64,000 nucleotides of DNA from Eledone cirrhosa (lineage: Eukaryota). Below are positions 38,679-51,144 of the stretch, one piece after another. A program made the translations under genes and the position numbers. Position 1 is the first letter of the stretch. Every line of letters starts with the position of its first letter. Under the pieces are notes generated by a model, which did no database searches, was not told the DNA's origin, and saw only the letters and a list, made by a program, of their open reading frames with translations. The stretch covers positions 99,386,001-99,450,000 of the forward strand of contig OZ024743.1 of the NCBI GenBank assembly GCA_964016885.1, read 5' to 3'.

Positions 38679-41600
38679 ATCATCATCATCATCATCACCG
38701 TTTTACGTCCGTTCTTCCACGCTAGCATGGGTTAGACGGGTTGTCCTGTTGTGGGCAGTGTCTGGTCGGCTGACCATGCCTTGCTCATACAGGAACTGAT
38801 CTGGCTTGATTTCTACAGCTGGATGCCCTTCCTAACACCAACCTCATTTACAGTGAGTGCTGGGTGCTTTTTCGTGGCGCCTACACGTCCACTTTACAGT
38901 GTGGGCTGGGTGCTTTTTTGCCGTGGCACCTCCACGACCACCTTGCGGTGGGGGGGGGGGGGGGGGCATATTGTTTATATGCTTCAGCATGTACCCATGG
39001 GAGGTCGGGTACCCTGTATTACTGCGTGACGCCAGAAGTCACGGTCGTGTGTCATTGACTTTGAGAGGTGTAGTTGGGTAAGGTCGGCTTTTATCACCTC
39101 ATCCCAAGTCATCTTGGGTCTCCCCACTCCGCGGTTTCCATCAACTTCTAGTGCTCTGCACCTTTTTATGCAGCTGTCATCCTTCATACGCATCACATGT
39201 CCATACCAGCGTAACCGCCTCTCCTGCACGCAGCATTTGATTCCTCTTATGCTCAGTCTCTCTCTCAATTCATTTATGCTTTGTCGTTCACGTATATTAC
39301 TGTTACACATCCATCGGAGCATGCAGGCTTCGTTTCTCTCTAATCTACGTAAGTCTTCCACCTTCAGCGCCCAGGTCTCACTACCATGCAACATCGCTGT
39401 TCGGATACACGCATCATACAGTCTGCCTTTCATTCTGAGGGAGAAGCCTTTTGCAGCTAGCAGTGGTAGTAGTTCCCTAAACTTCTTCCATCCCGTTCTT
39501 ACCCTAGTTATTGTACTTTCTGAGCACCCACCTTCGTTGCTAATTCGGTCACCTAGGTAGGAGAAGCTGTCTACTGTTTCTACAGGGCCCTCCCAGAGAT
39601 TGGTGGTACTTGTTTCCTGTGGCTGTTTGCTTGCTGTTTCAGCACAGCTGCTGCATGTGAATCCTACATTCTTAATTAAGCTTCCTGAGATCCCGCTACA
39701 TCTCTTGTGTACCCATTGTTTGCATTTGGGGCAAAGAATGGAGTTCCTACCTACACCTTTCCTACATACTGAGCAAGGCCATTTCCCTGAGGGGATCTGG
39801 GTTCTGTTTTCTCGTCTACTTATAAGGACCTTAGTCTTTGTCATGTTGACTTTGAGGCCCTTTCTCTCTAGTCCATGCTTCCAGGTTTGGAATTTATTCT
39901 CTAGTTCTACCATAGATTCAGCTATGAATGCGAGGTCATCAGCATACAGGAGTTCCCATGGGCATCCGGTCTTAAACTCCTCCGTTATTGCCTGCAGGAC
40001 TATGATGAACAGGAGAGGGCTAAGAACAGAGCCCTGGTGGACCCCAACCTGTACGCTAAATTCCTCGCTATACTCATTGCCAATCCTAACTTTGCTGACT
40101 GCTCCCCTATACATGGCTTGTACCGCTTTCACAAGCCATTCATCTACTCCTAGTTTTCTAAGAGCCCACCAGATTACTGCACGTGGAACTCTGTCAAAGG
40201 CTTTCTCAAGGTCGACAAATGCCAAGTAGAGTGGCTTACTTTTAGCTAGGTACTTTTCCTGTAATTGCCTCACAAGGAAGAGCGCATCAGTGGTGCCTTT
40301 CCCTGGTACAAACCCAAATTGCATCTCGTCTATATTCACCCGGTCCCTAATCAGCTGTGCTATAACTCTTTCTGTTACTTTCATGACCTGGTCCATCAAC
40401 TTTATACCTCTATAGTTTCCTCTATCTAGTGCATCGCCTTTACCTTTGTAGCAGTTGACAATGATGCTACTGCACCAATCTTCTAGTATTACCTGGTTAA
40501 CGATACGTGTGGTTATAGTGTGACCTACAGACCCAGATGCCTTCAGCATCTCGGCAGCTATACCCGATGGACCGGTTGCCTTCCCTATCTTCATATCTCT
40601 GATTGCCTTACTTACTACGCTGCCGCTGACTTGTACTGCTGGTCCCTCTATAGGGTCTACGTGGGGTAGGGTCTCTTCTTCCCATGCATTCTCCTCATTT
40701 AGTAATCTATCATAATGACTCTTCCATGCATCTTTCTTCTCAGCACTTGTGAGGGCAAGCTCACCTTTATCATTCCGGATACACTTCTCTCCAATGACAT
40801 CACAACTATCTCTGACACACTGCCTCGCAATCTTGAATACCTCCTGTTTCTGGTCCTCACGTTGTAAAACATGCTTGAATTTTCTATCCTCTGCTTCCCT
40901 CCTAGCTAAGTATACTTGTCGCCTAGCTTCCCTCTTGGTCTCTATGTAATGTACCCTGCTCCCCCCGTTCTTCCATTCTTTCCATGCCTGTCTCTTGGCC
41001 TTGACTGCTTCATCTACCTTATTGTTCCACCACCAAGTCACTCTCCTCCTGCTTGAGGTCTTACTCCAGCCACAAACCTCATCCGTCGCCTCTAGTAAGT
41101 TATTTTTTAGGAACTCCCAGTTCTCTTCTACGTTAAATGTCTCTATCTGTTCTTCTTTACTGTCGTAGGCGTTGAGTAAAATATCTTTAAATCTGTTACT
41201 GGTTGAGGGGACTTTCAACTTCCAGATCTTTCTTCTCCAGGTTGGCCTCTGTTTCAGGGCTCGTCTAGTTCTGACCGTGAGGTCGCTGACAACTAAGCTA
41301 TGTTGGGATGTACATTCCTCACTAGGGAAGGCTTTTGTGTTTACGACCGTCCATCTGTCACGTCCTCTGATGAGGATAAAATCTAACTGACTAGAGTGCT
41401 CCCCTGATCTATAGGTGATCAGGTGGTTGTCGGGTTTTTTAAAGTTTGTGTTACATATCGACATGTCATTGGCGTCGCAGAATTCTAGAAGTCTGAATCC
41501 TTCCTCATTCCTTGTGCCAACTCCATGGCCTCCATGTACTCTATTGAAGCCGTCGCAGTGTTTACCTACATGTCCGTTAAAATCTCCTGCAATGATTAGG

Positions 41601-41752
41601 AAGTCCTTGTCGTCTGTTAGAGCAGTAGTGTGTATTAGGGACTCGTAAAACCTATCCTTAAGTTCGTCTGGCAGCCCCGATTGGGGTGCGTAAGCTGATA
41701 TTATTGTGGTAATTGTCTTATTCAGGACTAGTCTGAGTTTAATGATTCTTGC
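38679..41752 (-). mobile_element. RTE-clade LINE copy B, 5'-truncated within the APE domain
   Basis: Open frame from ~41752 (IISAYAPQ, IAGDFNGHVG) through the 826-aa ORF, then 3' UTR and (GAT)n tail; (TA)n at both ends. Confidence 0.96.
38984..41464 (-). CDS. RTE retrotransposon polyprotein (partial APE endonuclease, reverse transcriptase, PHD-type finger)
   Basis: Uninterrupted 826-aa ORF with YRGIKL, QFGF, FVDLEKAFD, GVHQGSVLSP, YADD, YLG and RWYGHV motifs. N-terminus lost by 5' truncation, so probably not expressed. Confidence 0.9.
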   Translation of the reverse strand: MSICNTNFKKPDNHLITYRSGEHSSQLDFILIRGRDRWTVVNTKAFPSEECTSQHSLVVSDLTVRTRRALKQRPTWRRKIWKLKVPSTSNRFKDILLNAYDSKEEQIETFNVEENWEFLKNNLLEATDEVCGWSKTSSRRRVTWWWNNKVDEAVKAKRQAWKEWKNGGSRVHYIETKREARRQVYLARREAEDRKFKHVLQREDQKQEVFKIARQCVRDSCDVIGEKCIRNDKGELALTSAEKKDAWKSHYDRLLNEENAWEEETLPHVDPIEGPAVQVSGSVVSKAIRDMKIGKATGPSGIAAEMLKASGSVGHTITTRIVNQVILEDWCSSIIVNCYKGKGDALDRGNYRGIKLMDQVMKVTERVIAQLIRDRVNIDEMQFGFVPGKGTTDALFLVRQLQEKYLAKSKPLYLAFVDLEKAFDRVPRAVIWWALRKLGVDEWLVKAVQAMYRGAVSKVRIGNEYSEEFSVQVGVHQGSVLSPLLFIIVLQAITEEFKTGCPWELLYADDLAFIAESMVELENKFQTWKHGLERKGLKVNMTKTKVLISRRENRTQIPSGKWPCSVCRKGVGRNSILCPKCKQWVHKRCSGISGSLIKNVGFTCSSCAETASKQPQETSTTNLWEGPVETVDSFSYLGDRISNEGGCSESTITRVRTGWKKFRELLPLLAAKGFSLRMKGRLYDACIRTAMLHGSETWALKVEDLRRLERNEACMLRWMCNSNIRERQSINELRERLSIRGIKCCVQERRLRWYGHVMRMKDDSCIKRCRALEVDGNRGVGRPKMTWDEVIKADLTQLHLSKSMTHDRDFWRHAVIQGTRPPMGTC

Positions 41753-41820
41753 ATATATATATATATTGTATGTGAGTGGGGCAGGGTTGTTTTTTAAAAC
41801 TTAAGTGCGATATATATATG

Positions 41821-42076
41821 GACCTTAAAAAATTAAGACAATATTAGAGAAAACATAATTGCTACAATGCATGTTTCTGACTATGAAAATAGCGAAACAC
41901 AGTGAATATATAAGCTTCTGGGGACAGAACACAGCAGACAGTGCCATCTGTGGTGCTGTTCCTCTTTTTTCCATCTCCAGGAACTTATATGCCATACAAG
42001 TTTGACTATCTTCATTGTCAGAAACGTAGTGCTAGCAATTAACTTTATTCTAAAGTTGTCTTAATTTTTTAATGTC
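41821..42076. repeat. Old, degenerate ~255-nt fold-back palindrome
   Basis: TTAAAAAATTAAGACAA...AATTGCTA..GTTTCTGAC.ATGAA.ATAG versus CTAT.TTCAT.GTCAGAAAC..TAGCAATT...TTGTCTTAATTTTTTAA. Confidence 0.8.
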
Positions 42077-42893
42077 AGTGTTTCTAGAAACAGTTTATAT
42101 ATATATTTATGTTGGGCTGTTTACCAGTGGGTAGAACTGGTGGTTTGGGTTGGTAAACGATGATGCAACAAATTAATTAAAGCACTCAACATTATGCAAA
42201 TCATCCATTGCAGATGTGGTATCCTGTGGTTGGTCCCGGAATGGAGTAAAGTACTCATTACAACAACAACAGAAGGCCGGACTGGAAAATTTACTTTAGA
42301 ATTTTAATTCCATGAAATATATGTATTAAACTCAAGGTACAACCAAATCTTCAATTGCTAATAGATCTTCAAATACTTTCTTTAAATAAATCCATTTTAG
42401 CACATATTTTCACACCTACCAACGACATAATTACATTTCCATAATTATACAATGCCAAAAAAAAAAATGCCTGCACATCTGATATGTACATACACATTAA
42501 ACAAGATGATATACTAATTTTACTGTTATAGACAAACAACTACTAGTACATTATGGAACACATAAATAAATTTCCAATTTAGGTAATAACCACACCGATA
42601 AACTTCAATCATGTGTACTTTGACCTCATACACGCGACACACACATATAACATAAACTACAACACTATCAGATAATATGGTTAAATCTCTACACTGACAT
42701 CTAATGTAAAGCCAGTGCCTTCATATACGTTGGAACATCTTCACTTCCGACTCCGGGCATAATATCTTATCACAGTCATATATCTCTCTATATCTACACT
42801 TCAACAAGCTGACACTTTCAGTGTATTAGAAGCTGACTATACAGCACCTTATCTTTCTTCCATACTAATCATTTCTCCAGTTTCTTCTACACT

Positions 42894-43109
42894 TTAACTC
42901 TTTAGCATTTACATTTCTCTATGTATTTACTGTTATATTTTCATGGTAATGGTTATCTCACATAATATTGAATCTATGAGATTTTGATATTATTTATTTT
43001 GAGAACATTACCTTAACATTGGTATGAGCGGCCAGTTATGGCCAGTTTGACTAGAAAGAGGAGAGAGAATTCTGGCCAGATACAGTCGGTTTAAATGCGA
43101 AAGGGTTAA
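42894..43109. mobile_element. TTAA-flanked MITE
   Basis: TTAACTCTTTAGCATTTA ... TAAATGCGAAAGGGTTAA terminal inverted repeats. Confidence 0.65.
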
Positions 43110-43359
43110 AGCTTAATAAATTCTCCCATTCTAGTACTGATCTTTAACTGTTCTCTACCTTTCATTTTCTACTGTAGTAAGATACCTTCTCCCTATTGGT
43201 TCTTTGCTTCACCATTGTTTATTGTTTCACCCCTGGTTGGTTAAAAACCAACCAATTTGCTATCCACCTAACGGAGATTGTATTTCACCAAGTACGGCCA
43301 TCAATTTTAGCATTGGTTCAGTACCTTTAACCACTTCTCATATACTTAATCATCCATAC

Positions 43360-43721
43360 ACACCACCCATTGGCTAATCTCCTGCACACTGACCCAACAC
43401 TGGTTAACAGCACACCACTCATTGGCTAATCTCCTGCACACTGACCCAACACTGGTTAACAGCACACCACTCATTGGCTAATCTCCTGCACACTGACCCA
43501 ACACTGGTTAACAGCACACCCCTCATTGGCTAATCTCCTGCACACTGACCCAACACTGGTTAACAACACACCACTCATTGGCTAATCTCCTGCACACTGA
43601 CCCAACACTGGTTAACAGCACACCACTCATTGGCTAATCTCCTGCACACTGACCCAACACTGGTTAACAGCACACCACTCATTGGCTAATCTCCTGCACA
43701 CTGACCCAACACTGGTTAACA
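43360..43721. repeat. 52-bp tandem repeat, ~7 near-identical copies
   Basis: Unit CATTGGCTAATCTCCTGCACACTGACCCAACACTGGTTAACAGCACACCACT. Confidence 0.97.
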
Positions 43722-44085
43722 TGCGTAACTGATGTGTGTTGCCTGGCTGCAAGTACAAACAAATGTGATATAAATATATATGTGCATATATTTGTAAAAA
43801 AAGGTGCATGCATGTCTGGGTGCACATGTATGTGGGTATGTATGCAATAAATTCTATTTAAGAAATACTATGTGCTTTTAGCATCATTTTTTCTCTGGAA
43901 TTTCTCTGAAGAGCAACATTTAATACTACCGAACAGTGTGGAATAATAGATTATGTAATAATGTAGATTTTATTGGCTAATTATGTAATGTATTGAGACA
44001 CAGGAAAGGCTTTCCAGTATTTGATAAATGAAACATTTATCAGCAAATGCACCTTGTTTTTCTATCAACCTATATATATATATAT

Positions 44086-45258
44086 ACCATGTATAAAGAA
44101 ACAGTCAGCAAGGTTAGAATTAACAACGAATATAGTGAAGAGTTTAGCGTAAAAGTTGGCGTCCATCAGGGCTCTGTTCTCAGCCCCCTACTATTTATTA
44201 TTGCCCTTCAGGCTATAACAGAGGAGTTCAAGACCGGCTGCCCATGGGAACTCCTATACGCAGACGACCTGACACTCATAGCGGAATCAATGGCCGAGCT
44301 AGAGAAGAAATTCCAAACATGGAAGCACGGCCTAGAATCAAAAGGCCTTAAAATTAACCTGGCTAAGACTAAAGTTCTAGTTTGTAGGAAAGAAAATAAG
44401 GCGGCGGTCCCTTCTGGGAAATGGTCGTGCTCGGTGTGTAGGAAAGGCGTAGGTAGAAACTCCATTTTATGTCCTAAATGCAAAGTATGGGTGCATAAAA
44501 GATGTAGTGGGATCACAGGTAAGCTAACTAAGAACATAGATTTTACATGTGGCCCGTGCTCTGGTGCAATAAGTAGCAGCAAGTGCCCACAAAATACTAG
44601 CTCTTTCAATTGCGCAGAGGGTTCTATAGAAATAGTGGACAGTTTCCGTTACCTGGGTGATAAAATCAGCAGTGGGGGAGGGTGCTCTGAAAGTACAGTA
44701 GCTAGAGTCAGAACTGGTTGGAAAAAGTTCAGAGAGCTTATACCACTATTAGCTGCTAAAGGGTTCTCCCTAAAAATGAAAGGCAGGTTGTACGATGCCT
44801 GCATACGAACACAATGTTGCATGGCAGTGAGACCTGGGCATTGTGTGCAGAGGATATACGCAGACTAGAGAGGAACGAAGCTTGCATGCTCCGCTGGATG
44901 TGTAACAGTAATATACGTGAACGGCAAAGCATAAACGAACTAAGGAAAAAATTAGAAATAAGAGGGATCAGATGTTGTTTACTCGAGAGAAGGCTACATT
45001 GGTATGGACACGCGATGCGCATGAAAGTCGATAGCTGTATAACAAAGTGCAGGGCAATAAAGATAGACGGTAGCCACGGAATAGGCAGACCTAGAAAAAC
45101 CTGGGATGAGCTGATAAACTCCGACCTCACACACTTACACCTCTCCAAGACAATGTCACTGGACCGAGACCTTTGGCGGTACTCAGTAACAGAGAAGACC
45201 CGCCTTACCTAAATACATAGTAAAACCTACTACAGCCAGTAGGCATCTCTAACAAAAT
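44086..45258 (+). mobile_element. RTE LINE fragment (RT C-half, PHD-type finger), truncated at both ends
   Basis: GVHQG and YADD motifs, cysteine cluster, one frameshift near 44812; ends shortly after the stop in TA-rich DNA. Confidence 0.92.
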
Positions 45259-46099
45259 ATATATGATATATATATTTTATTTAATATATATGATATATAT
45301 AATATATATGATATATATAGTTATTTAATGTCACAAATAATATTTTAGAAATATTGTCTTCAATTGTACCAGAATAGCTATCATAAAATAATCTTTTTAA
45401 ACATAAATTTGATACCAAACCACCTGAAACTGCTTCTGGTCCTGATACAAGAACTGTTTGTTTTGAAGTATTTATATTAATCTAAGTCTTTCATTCTAAT
45501 TTTGTCAGAACCTTTGTTAAGTATGTTCTGATATTGGATAAATATTGAAAAAGTTATATTACTAAATCCCTTTAATTCTTGATTATTTTCAAAATTATTT
45601 TAGAATCATAGGCAGTGTCTTTCATTAGAAAATAAATGGCAACAAAAAGGTTAAAGCAACAAATTCAGACTGACTATGGTAAAAAAAATGATTAAAAAAA
45701 CTCTAAGTTTAAATCCCAGTAATAATACTTTTAATTTGAATAATGTTTTTTGTTTTCATCTAAACATGTTTTTTAGTAAAGCCAAGTTGTTTATTAAAGC
45801 ATCAGATAAAATGCCTTGTGGTATTTATTTACAACCCTTTTAGCTTCAAATTCATGTCCTACCAAATGAATTGTAAAATAAAGTCAACTTTATTTTATCA
45901 TTCATCCTTATGAAGTCAATAAAATAAAGTATCAGGGTTGTAAAGTACTGGGGTTGATTTAAATGACTCTACACCCTCCCTCAATATATTTGTATTTGTG
46001 TTGGAATTCACCCCAAATAAGCTGAGACAACTCCAAGCAATATGTTCTAAGCACCAGAAACAGAGATCACCCATGAACAGTGATCACAGACACCTGATG

Positions 46100-46680
46100 T
46101 GATTATTGCCAGCCAGTCAAGATTCCTATGGCAGACATTATATATGCGAGGACCTAGTATTAGCTGATTTGATCAAGTCACGATGTTTTCAGCTAACCAT
46201 CTCACCATTTACTGTATTTTGTGAGGGGCTTTGGTTCAACTGCACCACAGATGAGTTCACCTTGTGGATGATGGAGTGTGTGATCAAACTAATGGAGGTG
46301 CTTTTTGAGAAGTTTTCAGAGTTCATTGGCTACCTCTCACAGTCATATAAAAAGATGGTGTGACCCAGCACTTAGTGGATGCAGAGATTTGTACTTAGAG
46401 GGACCTCTAACCTAGGCCAAAGTTGAAATGAAGATGACAGAAGGCAGCATTTACACTGTTGATGTAGACAACTATGTGCCAAAATATTTTAAATGGTTGA
46501 CTTCTTCTAAAATCTTGTTATTGAGTAGCAAAATATTGCTATTTCTGAAGACGAGATATCTAACAAGGACATCATTTTAGGGGTTTTTCCCTCCAAGTGC
46601 ACTAAGCATGCACTTGAGCATCAGACCAAATATGTCCATGTCCTTACACGTATAAATACAGATACCAGAGACAATGCTAC
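46100..46680 (-). pseudogene. Highly decayed LINE RT fragment
   Basis: Minus strand around 46475-46545 reads ILLLNNKILEEVNHLKYFGT, like the RT C-terminal LEEV..FKYLGS motif. Confidence 0.45.
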
Positions 46681-47436
46681 TACCACCACTACCACCACAA
46701 CCACCACTTTATCGACATCATTATCCTTATGAGAAAAATTATTTAGTTTCTATAATACTATTTATTCAATTTATAGATCTGTTTGTATATAATTATTTTT
46801 TAATGTTAGTCTTTGTTATTGCTCCACCCACTTATATTACTATATCAATATCACTTAGTTGCAGATTTATTTCCATTAATGAATAAATAAATAAGTAAAA
46901 AATAAAAAATAAATAAAGCTTTTCAATTGTATAAATAACAGTAAAAGCATAGCAGTATAAATAACAATGAAATTAAGCTGTTATAAATGATTGTATTATA
47001 GGTGAAAATACTCTTTTGTATTTTATAACTGTCTCTTGTAATGTGTAATAACACCAGGCAGAGTTTAAACAGCATACAACACTGCAACCATTAAATATTT
47101 ATTTAGCAGCAATTATGTCTAAGTTGTTGTAACAGCAAGAAAGGTGAGACTCATGACATTGTTTTAATTATTTAAAGTAATTTTAGAACAGTTTGTGGTT
47201 AAGGACTCTTTACTTTCTAATGATTTCTCTCCAGAAAAAACCCACACAATTGTACAATCAAACCTGTTGAAATCTAATAAAGCTTATTATGACAGGAGTT
47301 AAATATAGGAAAATAATTCTGAGTCTTTTTCATTAGAAGTGTTGTGGTGGTATTGCTATTTTTGTTAATGAGTTATGAATGAGTTACTATCCCATTGCTA
47401 TTTTTGTTAATGAGTTATGAATGAGTTACTATCCCA

Positions 47437-47665
47437 TTAACCCTTTTGATACCAAATCACCAAAAAACTGCCCTGGATTTATGGTACAAAACTGCTTCTT
47501 TTAAAATGTTTCTTAAAACCTTCCATTATGATTTTATTTTAGGAAATTTTGTTATGAAAAACTTAGATAATTTATATAATTTCTCCAAAGTTTTGGTTAT
47601 TTTCAAAATTAATTAGAACACATAGGTAGAGTATTTAATTAGAAATATGGTAGTGACAGGGTTAA
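47437..47665. mobile_element. TTAA-flanked MITE
   Basis: TTAACCCTTTTGATACCA ... TGGTAGTGACAGGGTTAA; inverted relative to 6243-6497. Confidence 0.65.
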
Positions 47666-48119
47666 AGACACTGTACTAATTATTGGTAAGTGTCTAATGT
47701 CCTAAGCATCACTTGTAAGGAAGAAAAGAGAGAAGGAAAAGGTGGAAATAACTGGAAGTTTTTTGTGCAACCTTTGTTGAAATCAATTGTGTCAGAATAA
47801 TGATTTCTAATTTGAAAGAAAGCCAACAATTTTTGAAGAGGAGAAAAGTTGATTATATCTACTCCAGTACTTTACTGGTACTTTATCAAACCCAGAAGGA
47901 TGAAAGTTGACCTTGGTGGGATTTCATATCAGAATATAAAGGGCCATAGCTAAATGTGCTGCTAAGCATTTTGTTTCATATTTTAATGATTCTACCAATC
48001 CACCACCTTTTTGGGGGGTCAGAATAATGAACATAATTCTAAATAACCTACTTCTAAAAATGTTATATTTATTCTTTTCCTACTATATAGTATTTGTTGA
48101 ATTTTAGAATTAAAACATC

Positions 48120-48590
48120 CTCATCACCATGGTTTTATGGCTCTTCTATGTTTGCATCACTTAGATGAGTTCTTTCCAGTTCAACAACTTTTGTTCCTTT
48201 CTTTTGTTATCTCCTGTGTGAGGTTCAGTTTCAAGAGAACCACCTCTGTCAACACATCTTTCTTCATCTTCCTCTACACATCTTCACTCAATGGTGAACA
48301 TCAATATACATTACATATCCACACCAATACAAATTCTCACCAGCATGTTGTATCTGATTCCTCTTAAGTCCATTTTTTTCTCAGCTCATCCATATGTTGT
48401 CATTCATTTACATAAACAACACAAATTTGAAGGAATTTGCTTGAATTATTTCTCTTCAGCCTCTGCAGTCATTGTCTATGTCCCACTGCCATGTAACATC
48501 ATACTTCTCACACAGACATCATACAGTCCACCCTTCAGAGAAAGAATCCCTTTGTTGTCAACACAGACAGCAATTGCATCATTTTCAGAA
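48120..48590 (-). mobile_element. Decayed RTE LINE 3' fragment
   Basis: Similar to the reverse complement of the RTE C-terminal coding region (TCCCACTGCCATGTAACATC...CATCATACAGTC). Confidence 0.6.
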
Positions 48591-49569
48591 CTGGTCATAC
48601 TTAAGGCAAGAATCAATAATGACATTAAATTATGCTTAATTTACAACCAAATTATCTTACCACATATAATGATTTATATTATAGGCACAAGGCCTGCAAT
48701 TTGGGGGAAGGGCAAGTCAATTAAATTGACCAAGTGCATTACTGGTGCTTTATTTTATTGACCCTGTAAGGATGAAAGGCCAAGGTTAGCTTTGAACTCA
48801 GAATGTAAATGACCGTAACTCTATGCCATGAAGCATGGTGTATGTGCCCTACCGACTCTGCCAATCTACCACCCTACAATCATACCTATCCCTAGCTGAT
48901 AAACACAACATAATGTCAGTGGAAGAGAGTGTGTTCTTGACATTTTTGTTCAGTAATCTAGTTCTATAACCTTTCAATTATTATCTGTCTAATTAGCAGA
49001 ATGATTGAACAAGTTTTAAAAACTTCTGGTTTGAATTGCATTATTGATTGGATGATATTATTTTAATTATTAAACTGATAATAGCAAATAATAAAATAGC
49101 ATTTTAAAAAATATTTCATGAGATTTGTTGAATAAAGCAATTTGTTGAATTAACTTCAGTGCTTTATATCTACATTATTGCTTCTATTAGATTACATGCT
49201 GCTATAACTAATAATCTACTAAATTTCTGTGAATAATTACTTCAGTCAAACGTTACAAATTTCATCCATAAACTTCTCATTGTCAATATTTAATATATAT
49301 ATATATATATACAAGTCATGTATAGAGGTGAAAACAGCATGGTACAGGTGGATTTGGGACATGGCAAAAGCACCAAGTCCACTCTGTAAAGGGACCATGA
49401 TGGAGTCATGACAAAAACACCCAGTCCAACCTGTGAAGGAGTTATCATGGTGACAACAAAAAGTGGCCGTTTTGGTGCCAAGCACCAAGTCAACACTGTA
49501 AAGCTGTTGCTTTGGTGCCATGACAAAAAGCCGTCAGTTCACACTGTAAAGCGACCATTTTCATGCTGT

Positions 49570-50915
49570 GACAAAAGCATTCAGTCTACACTGTAGAGTG
49601 GTCATTCTGGTGCCACAACAAACAGTGCCAGGGCTACTCTGTAAAGTGGTCATTCTGGTGCCACAACAAACAGTGCCTAGTCTACACTGTAAAGTGGTAA
49701 TTCTGGTGCCACAACAAACAGTGCCTAGTCTACACTGTAAAGTGGTAATTCTGGTGCCACAACAAACAGTGCCTAGTCTACACTGTAAAGTGGTCATCCT
49801 GGTGCCACAACAAACAGTGCCTAGTCTACACTGTAAAGTGGTAATTCTGGTGCCACAACAAACAGTGCCTAGTCTACACTGTAAAGTGGTAATTCTGGTG
49901 CCACAACAAACAGTGCCTAGTCTACACTGTAGAGTGGTCATCCTGGTGCCACAACAAACAGTGCCTAGTCTACACTGTAAAGTGGTAATTCTGGTGCCAC
50001 AACAAACAGTGCCTAGTCTACACTGTAAAGTGGTAATTCTGGTGCCACAACAAACAGTGCCTAGTCTACACTGTAAAGTGGTAATTCTGGTGCCACAACA
50101 AACAGTGCCTAGTCTACACTGTAAAGTGGTAATTCTGGTGCCACAACAAACAGTGCCTAGTCTACACTGTAAAGTGGTAATTCTGGTGCCACAACAAACA
50201 GTGCCTAGTCTACACTGTAGAGTGGTAATTCTGGTGCCACAACAAACAGTGCCTAGTCTACACTGTAAAGTGGTAATTCTGGTGCCACAACAAACAGTGC
50301 CTAGTCTACACTGTAGAGTGGTAATTCTGGTGCCACAACAAACAGTGCCTAGTCTATACTGTAGAGTGGTCATCCTGGTGCCACAACAAACAGTGCCTAG
50401 TCTACACTGTAGAGTGGTCATCCTGGTGCCACAACAAACAGTGCTTAGTCTACACTGTAGAGTGGTCATCCTGGTGCCACAACAAACAGTGCCTAGTCTA
50501 CACTGTAGAGTGGTCATCCTGGTGCCACAACAAACAGTGCCTAGTCTACACTGTAGAGTGGTCATCCTGGTGCCACAACAAACAGTGCCTAGTCTACACT
50601 GTAGAGTGGTCATCCTGGTGCCACAACAAACAGTGCCTAGTCTACACTGTAGAGTGGTAATTCTGGTGCCACAACAAACAGTGCCTAGTCTATACTGTAG
50701 AGTGGTCATCCTGGTGCCACAACAAACAGTGCCTAGTCTACACTGTAGAGTGGTCATCCTGATGCCACAACAAACAGTGCCTAGTCTATACTGTAAAGTG
50801 GTAATTCTGGTGCCACAACAAACAGTGCCTAGTCTATACTGTAAAGTGGTAATTCTGGTGCCACAACAAACAGTGCTTAGTCTACTCTGTAAAGTGGTCA
50901 TTTTAGTGCCACAAT
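49570..50915. repeat. 45-bp minisatellite (~30 copies) inside an RTE-type 3' UTR
   Basis: Unit CTAGTCTACACTGTA(A/G)AGTGGT(A/C)AT(T/C)CTGGTGCCACAACAAACAGTGC. Followed at 50925-51090 by the RTE 3' terminus and (GAT)n. Confidence 0.97.
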
Positions 50916-51144
50916 AAGAGGAACCCAGTCCACGCTGTAAATGTGGTTGGCATTAGGAAGGGCATCCAGTCATAGAAATAAAGCCTGTATGAGGAAGACA
51001 CAGTTATCTGACCTGACTTGATTCACAATGGGACAATTCATCTAACCCATACTAGCATGGAAAAATGTATGTTAAATGGTGATGATGATTATATATATAA
51101 CATCATCATCACCATCATCCTTTACAGCAGTTTTTCCATACTTG

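Noticed and set aside
39114-40229. 148-aa and 209-aa plus-strand ORFs
   Set aside because: Antisense shadows of the RTE ORF.
49561-50917. 446-aa and 449-aa Cys-rich repeat ORFs
   Set aside because: Artefact of a stop-free 45-bp unit (multiple of 3) open on both strands, derived from a LINE 3' UTR.
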